Of a stretch of 64,000 bases of DNA, positions 37,910-47,870 are shown one piece after another. The first letter of the stretch is position 1. The number at the start of each line of letters is the position of its first letter. Origin of the DNA: Ruminococcus sp. (GTDB lineage: Bacteria > Bacillota > Clostridia > Oscillospirales > Ruminococcaceae); contig NZ_JAEFAJ010000003.1 of the NCBI RefSeq assembly GCF_016287535.1, forward strand, positions 1,817-65,816. Direction: 5' to 3'. Below the pieces are notes generated by a model. That model was not told where the DNA came from, did no database searches, and saw nothing but the letters and a program-made list of their open reading frames with translations. The translations under genes and the position numbers were made by a program.

Positions 37910-38581
37910 TCAGTTCTTGTGAACGATGACTCCGCCTGTCTTGTATATGCTGTCGGGAGGTATAACGCCCCTTACACAGCTTGTGGGATAGATATTGGAG
38001 TTGCGTCCGATAACTGTTCCCGGATTGAGAACGCTGTTGCAGCCCACCTCTACGCAGTCGCCCAGCATTGCGCCTATCTTCTTTATACCCGTCTCTATGC
38101 GCTCGTCTCCGGACTTGATGACAACATTCGTCTTGTCAGACTTTACGTTTGAGGTGATGGAGCCTGCTCCCATATGCGACTTATAGCCGAGTATGCTGTC
38201 GCCCACATAGTTGTAGTGCGGAGTCTGCACATTGTCGAAAAGTATGACGTTTTTAAGCTCCACAGAGTTGCCGACAACGCAGTTTTCACCTACAAGAGCG
38301 CTTCCTCTGATGAATGCGCCGTGACGCACCTCAGTGCCTGCGCCGATAATACAGGGAGCTCCGAGATATGCGGTGGGGAAAACCTTTGCTGTCTTATGTA
38401 CCCATACGTTTTCAGACGGATTATCGTACTCGTCAGGACTGAGAGTCTTGCCTAGTTCGATTATAAAGCTGCTTATACCCTTGAGAGCCTCCCAGGGATA
38501 TGTGAATTTGCTTAAATAGTCCTTTGCGGCTGTGTGAGAAAGGTCATACAAGCCGGATATTGTGATATTGTTCATTTCCAT
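37910..38581 (-). CDS. GlmU-like hexapeptide-repeat acyltransferase
   Basis: Left-handed beta-helix repeats, PHYNYVGDSILG, VGCNSVLNPGT. Confidence 0.8.
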   Translation of the reverse strand: MEMNNITISGLYDLSHTAAKDYLSKFTYPWEALKGISSFIIELGKTLSPDEYDNPSENVWVHKTAKVFPTAYLGAPCIIGAGTEVRHGAFIRGSALVGENCVVGNSVELKNVILFDNVQTPHYNYVGDSILGYKSHMGAGSITSNVKSDKTNVVIKSGDERIETGIKKIGAMLGDCVEVGCNSVLNPGTVIGRNSNIYPTSCVRGVIPPDSIYKTGGVIVHKN

Positions 38582-38759
38582 TCCACTCCTGATATTCATT
38601 ATATTGCACATATAATTATACTCTCTATGCAGCATATTGTCAAGAATCTGAGAGGTATTTATTTAAGTGTGAGCTGCTTGCTTTACATTTCATGAAAAGT
38701 ATGGTAAAATATCATATATGCGGATACACCGCATAAAACACAGGAAGTGCATATAAAAA

Positions 38760-39668
38760 ATGTTCAGAAATATTCTCAAAGCAAGAATACCCGTTATTCT
38801 GCTGCTTTTTCTGCTGGCAGTCATGCTGTCCCTTGTCTTTACTTCTTCTTTTAGGAAAAACACGGACGAAAAACGTCTTGCCGGCAGCTATACAGCAGCC
38901 GCTGTAAGTGATGCGGCTGATATCATCTGTGAGGAAGTTGCCTCATACAATGCTGAAACGACTTCAGCACAGACAACAACTACAACTTCTGCTGCCACAT
39001 CTGCCACATCTGCCACAACTGCCGATGACGCTCTTGCTCCCGACAGATATGTCGGTACTTCACCGAACAGTGCCTTTTACCAGGAAAGGCTCTTTACAAC
39101 GGGAGATTCCATTACCCTCGGTCTCAGATACTACGGTTTTATCCCACGTGAGCACTGTATCGCAGGAGATTCGGTCTCAATGTGGAATCTCGCACATTTT
39201 ACCTTCACTATGGGCGATGAAGAACTGGAACTGGTTGACGCGGTCGCCTGCTCAAAGCCAAGACTGCTTTATATGTGGTTAGGCATGAACGACGTTAATC
39301 TCAATTCTCCGAAAAAATTCGTAAAGCGCTACCGAGAGGTCATTGATGAAATAAGAGAACGTGTTCCCGGTGTCATAATAATCGTTGCAGCAATAACGCC
39401 TGTAGGTTCAGGCTGCAGAGTGGTCAAAAACAGTATCATACGTGACTACAACGCCGCTCTCATAGAAATGGTCAAGCGGACAGACTCCCCGGATGTATAC
39501 TTTTTCGACGCTTATTCCGTGATATGCGACGATAAGCTTGAGCTTACAAGCGGATACAGCTCCGGTGACGGAATACACCTTTATATCCCCTGCTATACGG
39601 ATATAATGACCGCGCTTTTTGATTACCTTGATACGACCGATGTAAAAACAAAACTTGAAACCAACTGA
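38760..39668 (+). CDS. exported SGNH/GDSL hydrolase
   Basis: Signal/anchor, Thr/Ala linker, GDSI, LGMND and DGIH blocks. Confidence 0.82.
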   Translation: MFRNILKARIPVILLLFLLAVMLSLVFTSSFRKNTDEKRLAGSYTAAAVSDAADIICEEVASYNAETTSAQTTTTTSAATSATSATTADDALAPDRYVGTSPNSAFYQERLFTTGDSITLGLRYYGFIPREHCIAGDSVSMWNLAHFTFTMGDEELELVDAVACSKPRLLYMWLGMNDVNLNSPKKFVKRYREVIDEIRERVPGVIIIVAAITPVGSGCRVVKNSIIRDYNAALIEMVKRTDSPDVYFFDAYSVICDDKLELTSGYSSGDGIHLYIPCYTDIMTALFDYLDTTDVKTKLETN

Positions 39669-39694
39669 AAAAAGCTGCCTTATGGCAGCTTTTT
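39668..39694. terminator. bidirectional terminator between the SGNH gene and the his operon
   Basis: AAAAAGCTGCC-TTAT-GGCAGCTTTTT. Confidence 0.8.
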
Positions 39695-39695
39695 A

Positions 39696-40034
39696 TCATG
39701 TATTCTTGTCTACCTCGTGGAACTTTTTGAGGTTGCCGATCTTCTCGTTTCTCTCGTCAAGCACCCTCTCAACGTCGGACCAGTCAAGTCCCTGATTTGC
39801 GCAGAGCACCATTACATGGTAAAGAAGATCGTTTATCTCGTTCATGAGCTCGTTGTTGTCACCGTTTTTCGCAGCGATGACAGTCTCTGTGGCTTCCTCG
39901 CCGACCTTCTTGCAGATCTTGTCAACGCCCTTTTCAAAAAGATAGCAGGTGTAGGAATTCTCAGCAGCTGTTCCGTTCTCGAACTGCTTCTTCCTTTCCT
40001 TGATAACTTCAAATATTTCCTGATATACTGTCAT
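39696..40034 (-). CDS. hisE: phosphoribosyl-ATP diphosphatase
   Basis: SYT..LF, KKVGEEATE, DLLYH. Confidence 0.93.
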   Translation of the reverse strand: MTVYQEIFEVIKERKKQFENGTAAENSYTCYLFEKGVDKICKKVGEEATETVIAAKNGDNNELMNEINDLLYHVMVLCANQGLDWSDVERVLDERNEKIGNLKKFHEVDKNT

Positions 40035-40384
40035 TATTCATTCTCCTCCGTATTGTATATTTCATTGAAAAAGCAGCTGTAGCTTCCTGTGTGACAGGCA
40101 ACTCCCGTCTGCTCCACATTTACAAGCAGTGTGTCGTTGTCGCAGTCGCCGTATATTGATACGACCTTCTGAAGATGTCCGGAAGTCGCGCCCTTGTTCC
40201 AGTACTCCTGACGTGAACGGCTCCAGAACCATGTATAGCCTGTTTCAAGAGTTTTTTTCAGGCTCTCCCTGTTCATATACGCAAGCATAAGAACTGTTTT
40301 TGTATTGACCTCGTAGCATATCGCAGGGATAAGCTCTCCCTTTACGAAAAACCTGTCGAGGTCATTGATATCTATCTTTATCAT
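40034..40384 (-). CDS. hisI: phosphoribosyl-AMP cyclohydrolase
   Basis: WSRSR, KGATSGH.Q, DCDND, ACHTG..SCF. Confidence 0.93.
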   Translation of the reverse strand: MIKIDINDLDRFFVKGELIPAICYEVNTKTVLMLAYMNRESLKKTLETGYTWFWSRSRQEYWNKGATSGHLQKVVSIYGDCDNDTLLVNVEQTGVACHTGSYSCFFNEIYNTEENE

Positions 40385-40386
40385 AG

Positions 40387-41121
40387 CTACTCCTTTTCAA
40401 ACAAATGATCTATCATACGCTCAGGACTGTCCATAAAGGCTTTCATCACGCTGTATGTTTCAGTGCTTTTGTACTCCGTAATGCTGATTCCGCTTTCGGT
40501 AAGCTCATATATCACCGCACCGGGATATGCAAGCACTATAGGCGAATGAGTTGCGATAATGAACTGGCTTCCCTGTTCCGCAAGCTCATTTATCCTTACA
40601 AGCAGCGACATCTGTCTTGAAGGCGAAAGTGCCGCCTCAGGCTCGTCAAGGATATACAGCCCCCGCCCCTTAAAGCGGTTCATAACAAGTGAGAAAAAGC
40701 TCTCGCCGTGGGACTGCTCGTGAAGCGATTTGCCGCCGTAAGCAGCAAGTATTTTGCCGCTTCCGCCATCGGCTTCTTCGATATAGCTCGCAGCATTATA
40801 GAAGCTCTCAGCCCTGAGAAAAAAGCCCGTTCTCGGTCGTTCTATGCCCCGCACGAGCTTTACGGCACTGTGGAGCGGCGAATGTGTCTCTCTTGTGGCA
40901 AAGGAAAAGTTCAGCGAGCCGCCTTCTGCGTTGAAGCCGTACTTCACAGCTATCGCTTCAAGCAGAGTGGATTTGCCCGTGCCGTTCTCGCCAACAAAAT
41001 ATGTAACAGGGCTTTCAAATTCAAGCTCTCCCGCCGCCGCAAGGCTTTTCACAGCAGGCAGTTTCGCAGCATATCCGAGCTCCGCTGTGAGCTTTTCAAG
41101 TTTTACGCTCCTTATATACAT
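40387..41121 (-). CDS. ABC-type ATPase of unknown function (COG3910-like)
   Basis: [39 protein letters not shown]. Confidence 0.85.
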   Translation of the reverse strand: MYIRSVKLEKLTAELGYAAKLPAVKSLAAAGELEFESPVTYFVGENGTGKSTLLEAIAVKYGFNAEGGSLNFSFATRETHSPLHSAVKLVRGIERPRTGFFLRAESFYNAASYIEEADGGSGKILAAYGGKSLHEQSHGESFFSLVMNRFKGRGLYILDEPEAALSPSRQMSLLVRINELAEQGSQFIIATHSPIVLAYPGAVIYELTESGISITEYKSTETYSVMKAFMDSPERMIDHLFEKE

Positions 41122-41876
41122 CAGCGAACGATTACGCCCTTGCCGCGGCAGTAGTCCTTTACCTGTCCCACCGTGAGCTCCTTGAAGTGGAAGAGCGAAG
41201 CCGCAAGTGCAGCGGTAGCTCCCGTCTTTTCAAACACCTCATAGAAATCGTTTATCTTTCCGGCACCGCCGCTTGCGATAACAGGTATTGAGCAGTTATC
41301 ACACACCGCCTTCAGCATGGGGATATCAAAGCCTTCCTTGGTACCGTCTGCATCTATTGAGTTAAGGCATATCTCACCTGCTCCAAGCTTTTCTATAGTG
41401 TGTACCCAGTCGATAAGGTCTATGCCCATATTCTTTCTGCCGCCGTTTATATATACCGTCCACTTGTTGTCGGCTATCTTCTTCGCGTCTATGCCTACGC
41501 ATATACACTGACTGCCGAATATATCAGCTCCGTCCTTTATGAGCTGAGGATTCTGTACAGCCTGAGAGTTTACGGAGACCTTGTCCGCACCTGCTCTCAG
41601 AGCCTCGCGGATATCGTCAACCGTCTTTATTCCGCCGCCTACTGTAAGCGGTACGAATACCTTTTTCGCTGTATCTCTTACAACGTCGAGGAAAACTCCG
41701 CGCCCCTCGAATGAAGCAATTATATCATAAAATACTATCTCGTCAGCGCCCTGTTTGTTGTACTCCTCAGCGCACTCAACAGGATCGCCTACGTCACGTA
41801 CTCCTTCAAAATTCACACCCTTTACTACCTTTCCGTTTCTTACGTCAAGACAAGGGATTATTCTCTTCGCGAGCAT
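41121..41876 (-). CDS. hisF: imidazole glycerol phosphate synthase cyclase subunit
   Basis: [34 protein letters not shown]. Confidence 0.96.
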   Translation of the reverse strand: MLAKRIIPCLDVRNGKVVKGVNFEGVRDVGDPVECAEEYNKQGADEIVFYDIIASFEGRGVFLDVVRDTAKKVFVPLTVGGGIKTVDDIREALRAGADKVSVNSQAVQNPQLIKDGADIFGSQCICVGIDAKKIADNKWTVYINGGRKNMGIDLIDWVHTIEKLGAGEICLNSIDADGTKEGFDIPMLKAVCDNCSIPVIASGGAGKINDFYEVFEKTGATAALAASLFHFKELTVGQVKDYCRGKGVIVR

Positions 41877-41888
41877 TTTCTCACTTCC

Positions 41889-42455
41889 TTAAAAATTATT
41901 TCTTATTATCCTTACGAATATACATACTGCGACCCAAATGATCTCAGCTATGATTATATACTTTGTCGATTTTTTCAGCCTGACTTTGCTGTCAGCTGCC
42001 AGAAAAGCACCTACTATTATCAGTAATGGCAGCGCCTGAAATTCCCTTATGGGTAAACCAAACGTGAACATTCTCGTCTGATGTATAACACAGTGTGCCC
42101 ATATGGTGTAGAACACTGCCCAGAACAGCTTCATAGCGTCAAGAGCTGCAATAAAAGTCATTCTGATGAACCTGTCATCTTCTTCGCTCAGCTTTTTTCC
42201 GATATTCTTGACTTTTTTTGCAGCAACACCTGCTAAAGTGAATATTCCCACAAGTCCGAAGCCTGCCATAAACGGGAAAAAAGCCAGCCATTTTGAAGCG
42301 TAAACATCAAATTCATTATCATCGCCGTAATGTATGCCTATCTGTTCGGGGAAATCCCTGTAAACCGCGATCATATACAAGAAATATACAGTCAGCATAC
42401 CGAATGAAATGATATTTACGGCAGTATGAAGCTTTTTAAAAGCCCTTTCATTCAT
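41889..42455 (-). CDS. membrane protein (DUF1648-like N-terminus)
   Basis: Y..FPEQIGIHY motif and about five TM helices. Confidence 0.6.
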   Translation of the reverse strand: MNERAFKKLHTAVNIISFGMLTVYFLYMIAVYRDFPEQIGIHYGDDNEFDVYASKWLAFFPFMAGFGLVGIFTLAGVAAKKVKNIGKKLSEEDDRFIRMTFIAALDAMKLFWAVFYTIWAHCVIHQTRMFTFGLPIREFQALPLLIIVGAFLAADSKVRLKKSTKYIIIAEIIWVAVCIFVRIIRNNF

Positions 42456-43173
42456 GTGAATACTCAATTGCTTCTTTAAGATCCAGTGTGCCCTTATATA
42501 TGGACTTTCCGCAGATAGTACCGTAAAGTCCCATTTCCTTGCAGGCGATTATGTCGTCCATTGTGTGTACTCCGCCGCTTGCTACGATATTGGCTCTGCC
42601 CTCCGTAGCGTCAGCAAGCTTTTTGAGTTGTTCGCGGTTAACTCCCGAAAGAGTTCCGTCCTTGGAAATATCGGTGAATATAAAATATTTCACGCCTGCA
42701 TCTATCATCTTATCTGCAAGGTCTATGTAATGTACATCAGAGCTTTCAAGCCAGCCCTCTGTAGCAACCATTTCGTGCATTGCGTCTATCCCAACGACTA
42801 TCTTTTCGCTGCCGAACTTCTCAACAGCTTCGCAGACGAGCTTGGGATCTTTCAGTGCCACCGAGCCGAGGATAACCCTTGTGATGCCCATATCAAGATA
42901 TTCCTGTATGGTCATTATACTGCGGATACCGCCGCCCAGCTCGACCTTTAAGTTGGTTTTTTCGGCAACATCTGTGTATATCTTTGTGTTGACAGGTCTG
43001 CCCTCCTTGGCACCGTCAAGGTCTACCATGTGTATCCACTCTGCTCCTGATTTCTCGAAGCTCTTTGCTGTTTCGAGGTAATCGGAAGCCACCTTTTCAA
43101 CTGTTGAAAAGTCGCCCTTGAACAAGCGGACGCAGTTGCCGTCCTTTATATCTATTGCGGGGAAAATTATCAT
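42448..43173 (-). CDS. hisA: ProFAR isomerase
   Basis: IIFPAIDIKDGNCVRL, HMVDLDGA, TDISKDG. Confidence 0.95.
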   Translation of the reverse strand: MIIFPAIDIKDGNCVRLFKGDFSTVEKVASDYLETAKSFEKSGAEWIHMVDLDGAKEGRPVNTKIYTDVAEKTNLKVELGGGIRSIMTIQEYLDMGITRVILGSVALKDPKLVCEAVEKFGSEKIVVGIDAMHEMVATEGWLESSDVHYIDLADKMIDAGVKYFIFTDISKDGTLSGVNREQLKKLADATEGRANIVASGGVHTMDDIIACKEMGLYGTICGKSIYKGTLDLKEAIEYSHE

Positions 43174-43296
43174 ATTTTATTCTCCTTGGATAATTTTATT
43201 TCGTATCATTTCAGCGTATCCGGTCCATGCTGCAATAGCTTCAACAGTGCCGAAACGCCAGCAAGTATGATAATTTAAAGTATTATTATCACTTTT

Positions 43297-43635
43297 TTAT
43301 ACTGCTTTTTGTGTATCATTATTTTTCAGCTTATTATGCTGGCGGATATTGTACATTATCATACACAGTATCACTATCACGCATACCGCTGCGAATACAC
43401 AAGCTACCAAAAACGTAAATCCATTGTCATATTCTTCACAGAAACACAGCCATGCCGATAATCCGCCGCATATCAGTGTGTTCAGAACTATGCAGATATT
43501 GTATATCTTCGGTCTGTATGTTTTTTTGAATATAAGCTTGTCTATGGTGTAAAATATTAGCTGTACTGTGATCGGGAATAATGCAAATAAAACAAAAGCG
43601 CCTAAAAATCGTGCAATAGTTATAATATAGTCCAT
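43297..43635 (-). CDS. hypothetical three-TM membrane protein
   Basis: AT-rich ORF whose ATG overlaps the hisH stop codon. Confidence 0.6.
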   Translation of the reverse strand: MDYIITIARFLGAFVLFALFPITVQLIFYTIDKLIFKKTYRPKIYNICIVLNTLICGGLSAWLCFCEEYDNGFTFLVACVFAAVCVIVILCMIMYNIRQHNKLKNNDTQKAV

Positions 43636-44237
43636 TATTTAAGCTCCGCAAATCTTTTCAGTATTTTCAGTCCTGTCTCACCGCTCTTTTCGGGGTGGAA
43701 CTGCGCTCCGTAGACGAATTTTCTGTCATAAACAAGCGCAGGAACTCTTCCGCCGTACTCCACATATGCTGCTATATTCTTATCCTCGCAGTGTGCCTTG
43801 TAGGAGTGAACGAAGTAAACGTACTCGTTATCGCCAACGTCTTTAAGTATGGGGCAGTCGTTGAGCTTTTCAAGCTTGTTCCAGCCCATGTGAGGAATTA
43901 TGAGCTCAGGCTCTTCCATTTTGCGGACGCTTCCGCCGATAAGTCCGAGACCGTCACACTCCTCGAACTCATAGCCCTTGTCGAATATAAGCTGCATACC
44001 GAGGCAGATACCGAGGAAGGGCTTTTTTGCAGCCTCCTCCTTGATAGTGTCAACAAGTCCTGTGGCTTCAAGCTTTTTCATAGCCGCAGGGAAAGCGCCA
44101 ACACCGGGAAGTATAACCGCATCGGCAGACTTTACTGACTCCTTGTCGCTGACAAGGCTGCTTTCAAATCCGAGGTAGTCAAGAGCGTTTTTCACGCTGA
44201 ATATATTTCCTGCGCCGTAATCAATTATCGCGATCAT
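43635..44237 (-). CDS. hisH: imidazole glycerol phosphate synthase glutaminase subunit
   Basis: IDYGAGN, GICLGMQ, PHMGWN, QFHPEKS. Confidence 0.96.
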   Translation of the reverse strand: MIAIIDYGAGNIFSVKNALDYLGFESSLVSDKESVKSADAVILPGVGAFPAAMKKLEATGLVDTIKEEAAKKPFLGICLGMQLIFDKGYEFEECDGLGLIGGSVRKMEEPELIIPHMGWNKLEKLNDCPILKDVGDNEYVYFVHSYKAHCEDKNIAAYVEYGGRVPALVYDRKFVYGAQFHPEKSGETGLKILKRFAELK

Positions 44238-44818
44238 CAGAGAACTCCTTTCGTGGACAGCGTAGAACCGTCCTTGTTCTCAGCAACGGCAGTTTTAAGC
44301 GCGTGAGCGACAGCCTTGTACACAGCCTCTGCCTTGTGGTGATCGTTGCTGCCATAAAGAAGATTGATATGCAGAGTCATTCCGGAATTGAAAGCAAAGG
44401 CACGGAAGAACTCCTCGGTCATGCAAAGATCGTATTCGCCGCAGCTCTGATTTGTAAATTCACAGTTGAAAACAAGGAAGGGTCTATTGCTCAGGTCAAG
44501 ACTTGCCATTGCAAGAGACTCGTCCATAGGGATATAAGCCGTTCCGTAACGAACTATACCGGACTTTGCGCCGAGAGCTTTTCCCAGTGCCTGTCCGACA
44601 GCTATACCCGTATCCTCAATGGTGTGATGACAGTCAACGTGCAGATCGCCGCTTACCTTGACGCTCATACTTATACCGCTGTGTACGGAAAGAGCAGTCA
44701 GCATATGATCGAAAAAGCCTATTCCTGTGTCTATTTCAGCTTTTCCCTTATCATCAAGCTGTACCTTTACCTTAATCTGAGTTTCCTTTGTTACTCTTTC
44801 AATTTCAGCCTTTCGCAT
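44237..44818 (-). CDS. hisB: imidazoleglycerol-phosphate dehydratase
   Basis: GFFDHML, DCHHTIED, NDHHKAE, STKGVL. Confidence 0.96.
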   Translation of the reverse strand: MRKAEIERVTKETQIKVKVQLDDKGKAEIDTGIGFFDHMLTALSVHSGISMSVKVSGDLHVDCHHTIEDTGIAVGQALGKALGAKSGIVRYGTAYIPMDESLAMASLDLSNRPFLVFNCEFTNQSCGEYDLCMTEEFFRAFAFNSGMTLHINLLYGSNDHHKAEAVYKAVAHALKTAVAENKDGSTLSTKGVL

Positions 44819-44831
44819 ATTTACCCTCCTT

Positions 44832-45890
44832 TTACTTTGAACAATACTTTTCGAGCAATTCGATGAAGCGTGAATTTTCCGCTTCGCTTCCTGCAGTAAC
44901 TCTTATATATCCATTGAATTTCCTTACCGCTATTGAATTGTCCAGCATGAACCTGTATATTTTCTCGAAATCGTCTGTTTTCACTAACACAAAGTTCGTG
45001 CACGGCTCATATATCTTCTCAAAGCAGTCGTACTTTTCGTTTATTGCAGATATATCCTTGAAGAGCTGCTTTGTGTTCCTGATAATGATGTCCCTGCACT
45101 CTCTGAGATACTTCTTTTCGCTGAGTATATCCGTAACAATGGTCTGAGCCACTGTATCGTTGTTGTAGGGTGACTTGGCAGCTCTTATTGCGTTGGTTAT
45201 CGTTCTGTTCGCAATTGCAAATCCGAATCTTACAGCTGCAAGTCCTATCGCCTTTGAACAGGTCTTGAGAATGAGAAGATTATCATACTTGTCAACATCT
45301 GCAAGCAAAGACTGATCCCAGAAGTCCATATATGCCTCGTCAAGTATAACAAGACAGCCGTCAAGAGCTTCGATGATCTTCTTTACGGAAGCTCTGTCAA
45401 GTCCGAGAGAAGTTGGGTTGCAGGGGTTTGAGAAGATAAGTCCCTTTGCGCCGTTTTCCTTGCAGAAGGCTATGAGCTTATCCGGGTCTATAGTAAGGTC
45501 GGCTTCCTTCTGATAGGTCTTTACATTGACCTCGTAAAGCTGTGCATAGAACTCATACATGGAAAAGTCGTGAGATACATTTACTATCGTATCCCCTGCC
45601 TCAAAGAAGCAGCCCTCGATAATGCTGATAAGCTCGTCGGAGCCGTTGCCTGCGCTGATAAACTCCTCAGGTACATTATAAAGTTCGGAAAAAGCCTTTG
45701 TCGGAGCCTTTGCAAGACAGTCCGGATAACGGTTGAAGTCGATCCGCGATATGCTTCTGCCTATCTTTTCCTTTAAGCTGTCAGAGAGATTGAAGCAGCT
45801 CTCGTTTGCGTCAAGTCTGATATCATAGTGACCTGTTATCGGGTCGTAGGGCACTAAATTTATCAGCTTCTTATTAAGTCTGTAACTCAT
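44832..45890 (-). CDS. hisC: histidinol-phosphate aminotransferase
   Basis: LDANES, NRYPD, GNGSDELI, NPCNPT, DEAY, TCSKA.GLA. Confidence 0.93.
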   Translation of the reverse strand: MSYRLNKKLINLVPYDPITGHYDIRLDANESCFNLSDSLKEKIGRSISRIDFNRYPDCLAKAPTKAFSELYNVPEEFISAGNGSDELISIIEGCFFEAGDTIVNVSHDFSMYEFYAQLYEVNVKTYQKEADLTIDPDKLIAFCKENGAKGLIFSNPCNPTSLGLDRASVKKIIEALDGCLVILDEAYMDFWDQSLLADVDKYDNLLILKTCSKAIGLAAVRFGFAIANRTITNAIRAAKSPYNNDTVAQTIVTDILSEKKYLRECRDIIIRNTKQLFKDISAINEKYDCFEKIYEPCTNFVLVKTDDFEKIYRFMLDNSIAVRKFNGYIRVTAGSEAENSRFIELLEKYCSK

Positions 45891-45952
45891 ATTCTATCCT
45901 TTCTTAAAACACCTATAGGGCAGCTCTTTTTCAAGCCGCCCCATTGCGTGAT

Positions 45953-47239
45953 TCAGTCTTCAAATCTGACCTTTATGGCATTTGCGTGAGCTGTAAGTCC
46001 CTCGCGCTCTGCGATAAGGACGATATCGTCCTTTGCCTGCCTGAGAGCTTCCTCGGTGTAGTAGGTATAAGCTGTACGCTTTGTGAAGCTTGCTACGCCG
46101 AGAGGCGAGAAGAAACGGGCAGTACCGCTTGTAGGCAGGACATGGTTGGGTCCTGCGTAGTAGTCACCGAGAGGCTCCGAAGCGTAATTTCCAAGGAAAA
46201 TGGAGCCTGCATTGTCAAGGCTTCCGAGGAGCTCGAAGGGATTCTCCATGAGCACTTCAAGGTGCTCAGGAGCTATCTCGTTTGCAAGCTCGACGCATTT
46301 TTCACGGCTGTCTGCAATGATTATTGCGCCGTAGTCCTCAAGGGACTTGGTGATGATATCCTTCCTTGAAAGATATTCCTTCTGACGCTCTATCTCCTTT
46401 ATAGTGCCGTCTGCAAGCTTCTCGCTTGTAGTTACCATTATAGCCGAGGCAAGCACGTCATGCTCTGCCTGTGACATAAGGTCGGCTGCCGCGAACCTGG
46501 GGTCTGCGGTATCGTCAGCGATAACAAGTATCTCACTGGGGCCTGCTATCATATCTATGTCAACAACACCGTAAAGCAGCTTCTTTGCAGTAGCTACATA
46601 TATATTTCCGGGACCTACTATCTTGTCGCACTTTGGTATCTCCTCAGTACCGTAAGCAAGAGCTGCGATAGCCTGTGCGCCGCCTGAAAGGAATACTCTG
46701 TCAACTCCGCAGATAGCAGCCGCAACAAGAATATCCTTATTGGGAGTACCGTCCTTCAGAGGAGGAGTTACCATGATTATCTCCTCTACGCCTGCTATTT
46801 TGGCAGGTATAGCGTTCATGAGAACACTTGAAGGATAAGCTGCTGTACCACCGGGCACATAGAGTCCTACCCTGTGGAGACCGCGGATACGCTGTCCCAT
46901 GATAACGCCGTTTTTCTTCGCAGAGATAAAGCTCTGCTCCACCTGTCTGTTGTGGAAGTCAGCTATATTCTCCTGAGCATTGAGAAGTGCGTCAACGAAG
47001 TCCTGGTCTGCCTCTGTGAGTGCGTCATTGATCACTTCACGTGGAACTTCGTAATACTCCGGCAGATTTCCGTCGAATTTCAGCGTGTAGTTCTTAACGG
47101 CTTCATCGCCGTTGTTCTTTACATTTTCTATTATCTCCGATACGACCTCTGTGACCTTTTTACCGGTCTCGCCGCTCCTCTTTTTCAGGTCATTGAGAAA
47201 AGCGACCTCGTCCGTACCGTTTGCGAATATTTTCTTCAT
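45953..47239 (-). CDS. hisD: histidinol dehydrogenase
   Basis: YVPGG, GPGNIYV, AGPSE, SQAEHD, APEHLE. Confidence 0.96.
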   Translation of the reverse strand: MKKIFANGTDEVAFLNDLKKRSGETGKKVTEVVSEIIENVKNNGDEAVKNYTLKFDGNLPEYYEVPREVINDALTEADQDFVDALLNAQENIADFHNRQVEQSFISAKKNGVIMGQRIRGLHRVGLYVPGGTAAYPSSVLMNAIPAKIAGVEEIIMVTPPLKDGTPNKDILVAAAICGVDRVFLSGGAQAIAALAYGTEEIPKCDKIVGPGNIYVATAKKLLYGVVDIDMIAGPSEILVIADDTADPRFAAADLMSQAEHDVLASAIMVTTSEKLADGTIKEIERQKEYLSRKDIITKSLEDYGAIIIADSREKCVELANEIAPEHLEVLMENPFELLGSLDNAGSIFLGNYASEPLGDYYAGPNHVLPTSGTARFFSPLGVASFTKRTAYTYYTEEALRQAKDDIVLIAEREGLTAHANAIKVRFED

Positions 47240-47868
47240 CAAAGATTCTCCTCTATAAGTGTGATAAGCCTGTCAATCTCGGCGTGCCTCATTTTCAGAC
47301 TTACTGTATTTGCTATAAGTCTTGCGGAAACAGGTGCTACATCTTCAATTACCTCAAGTCCGTTCTCTCTGAGAGTAGTACCTGTCTCAACGATATCAAC
47401 GATACCGTCGGCAAGTTCAAGAAGAGGAGCAAGCTCAACAGAGCCTTCTATCTTGATTATCTCGGTGTCCATGCCCTTTTTCTCAAAGAACTTTCTTGCA
47501 ACATTAGGATACTTTGTAGCTATTGTCTTTATACCGTAGCCGCTGTAGAAGTCATAGCCCTTCTTTGCCGCAAGAGCAAATTTGCATTTTCCGAAGCCGA
47601 GATCAACAAGCTCGTAGAACTTTCCTCTCATTTCCATTATGGTGTCCTTGCCAACAACGCCCATATCGCAGACGCCGTGCTCGACGTAGGTTATAACGTC
47701 GTTTGCCTTTGCCAGCACTACTTCAAGATTCGCATCAGGTACAGGAAGTATGAGCTTTCTGCCCTTTTCACGTACTGATGTACAGTCGAAGCCAAGCTTT
47801 TCAAGAAGCTCTATTGTATCCTTTTCAAGTCTGCCCTTTGTAAGAGCCATTCTTATAGGCTTGTTCAT
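47239..47868 (-). CDS. hisG: ATP phosphoribosyltransferase (short form)
   Basis: TKGRL, ATKYP, GSVELAP, DIVETGTTL. Confidence 0.96.
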   Translation of the reverse strand: MNKPIRMALTKGRLEKDTIELLEKLGFDCTSVREKGRKLILPVPDANLEVVLAKANDVITYVEHGVCDMGVVGKDTIMEMRGKFYELVDLGFGKCKFALAAKKGYDFYSGYGIKTIATKYPNVARKFFEKKGMDTEIIKIEGSVELAPLLELADGIVDIVETGTTLRENGLEVIEDVAPVSARLIANTVSLKMRHAEIDRLITLIEENL

Positions 47869-47870
47869 AT

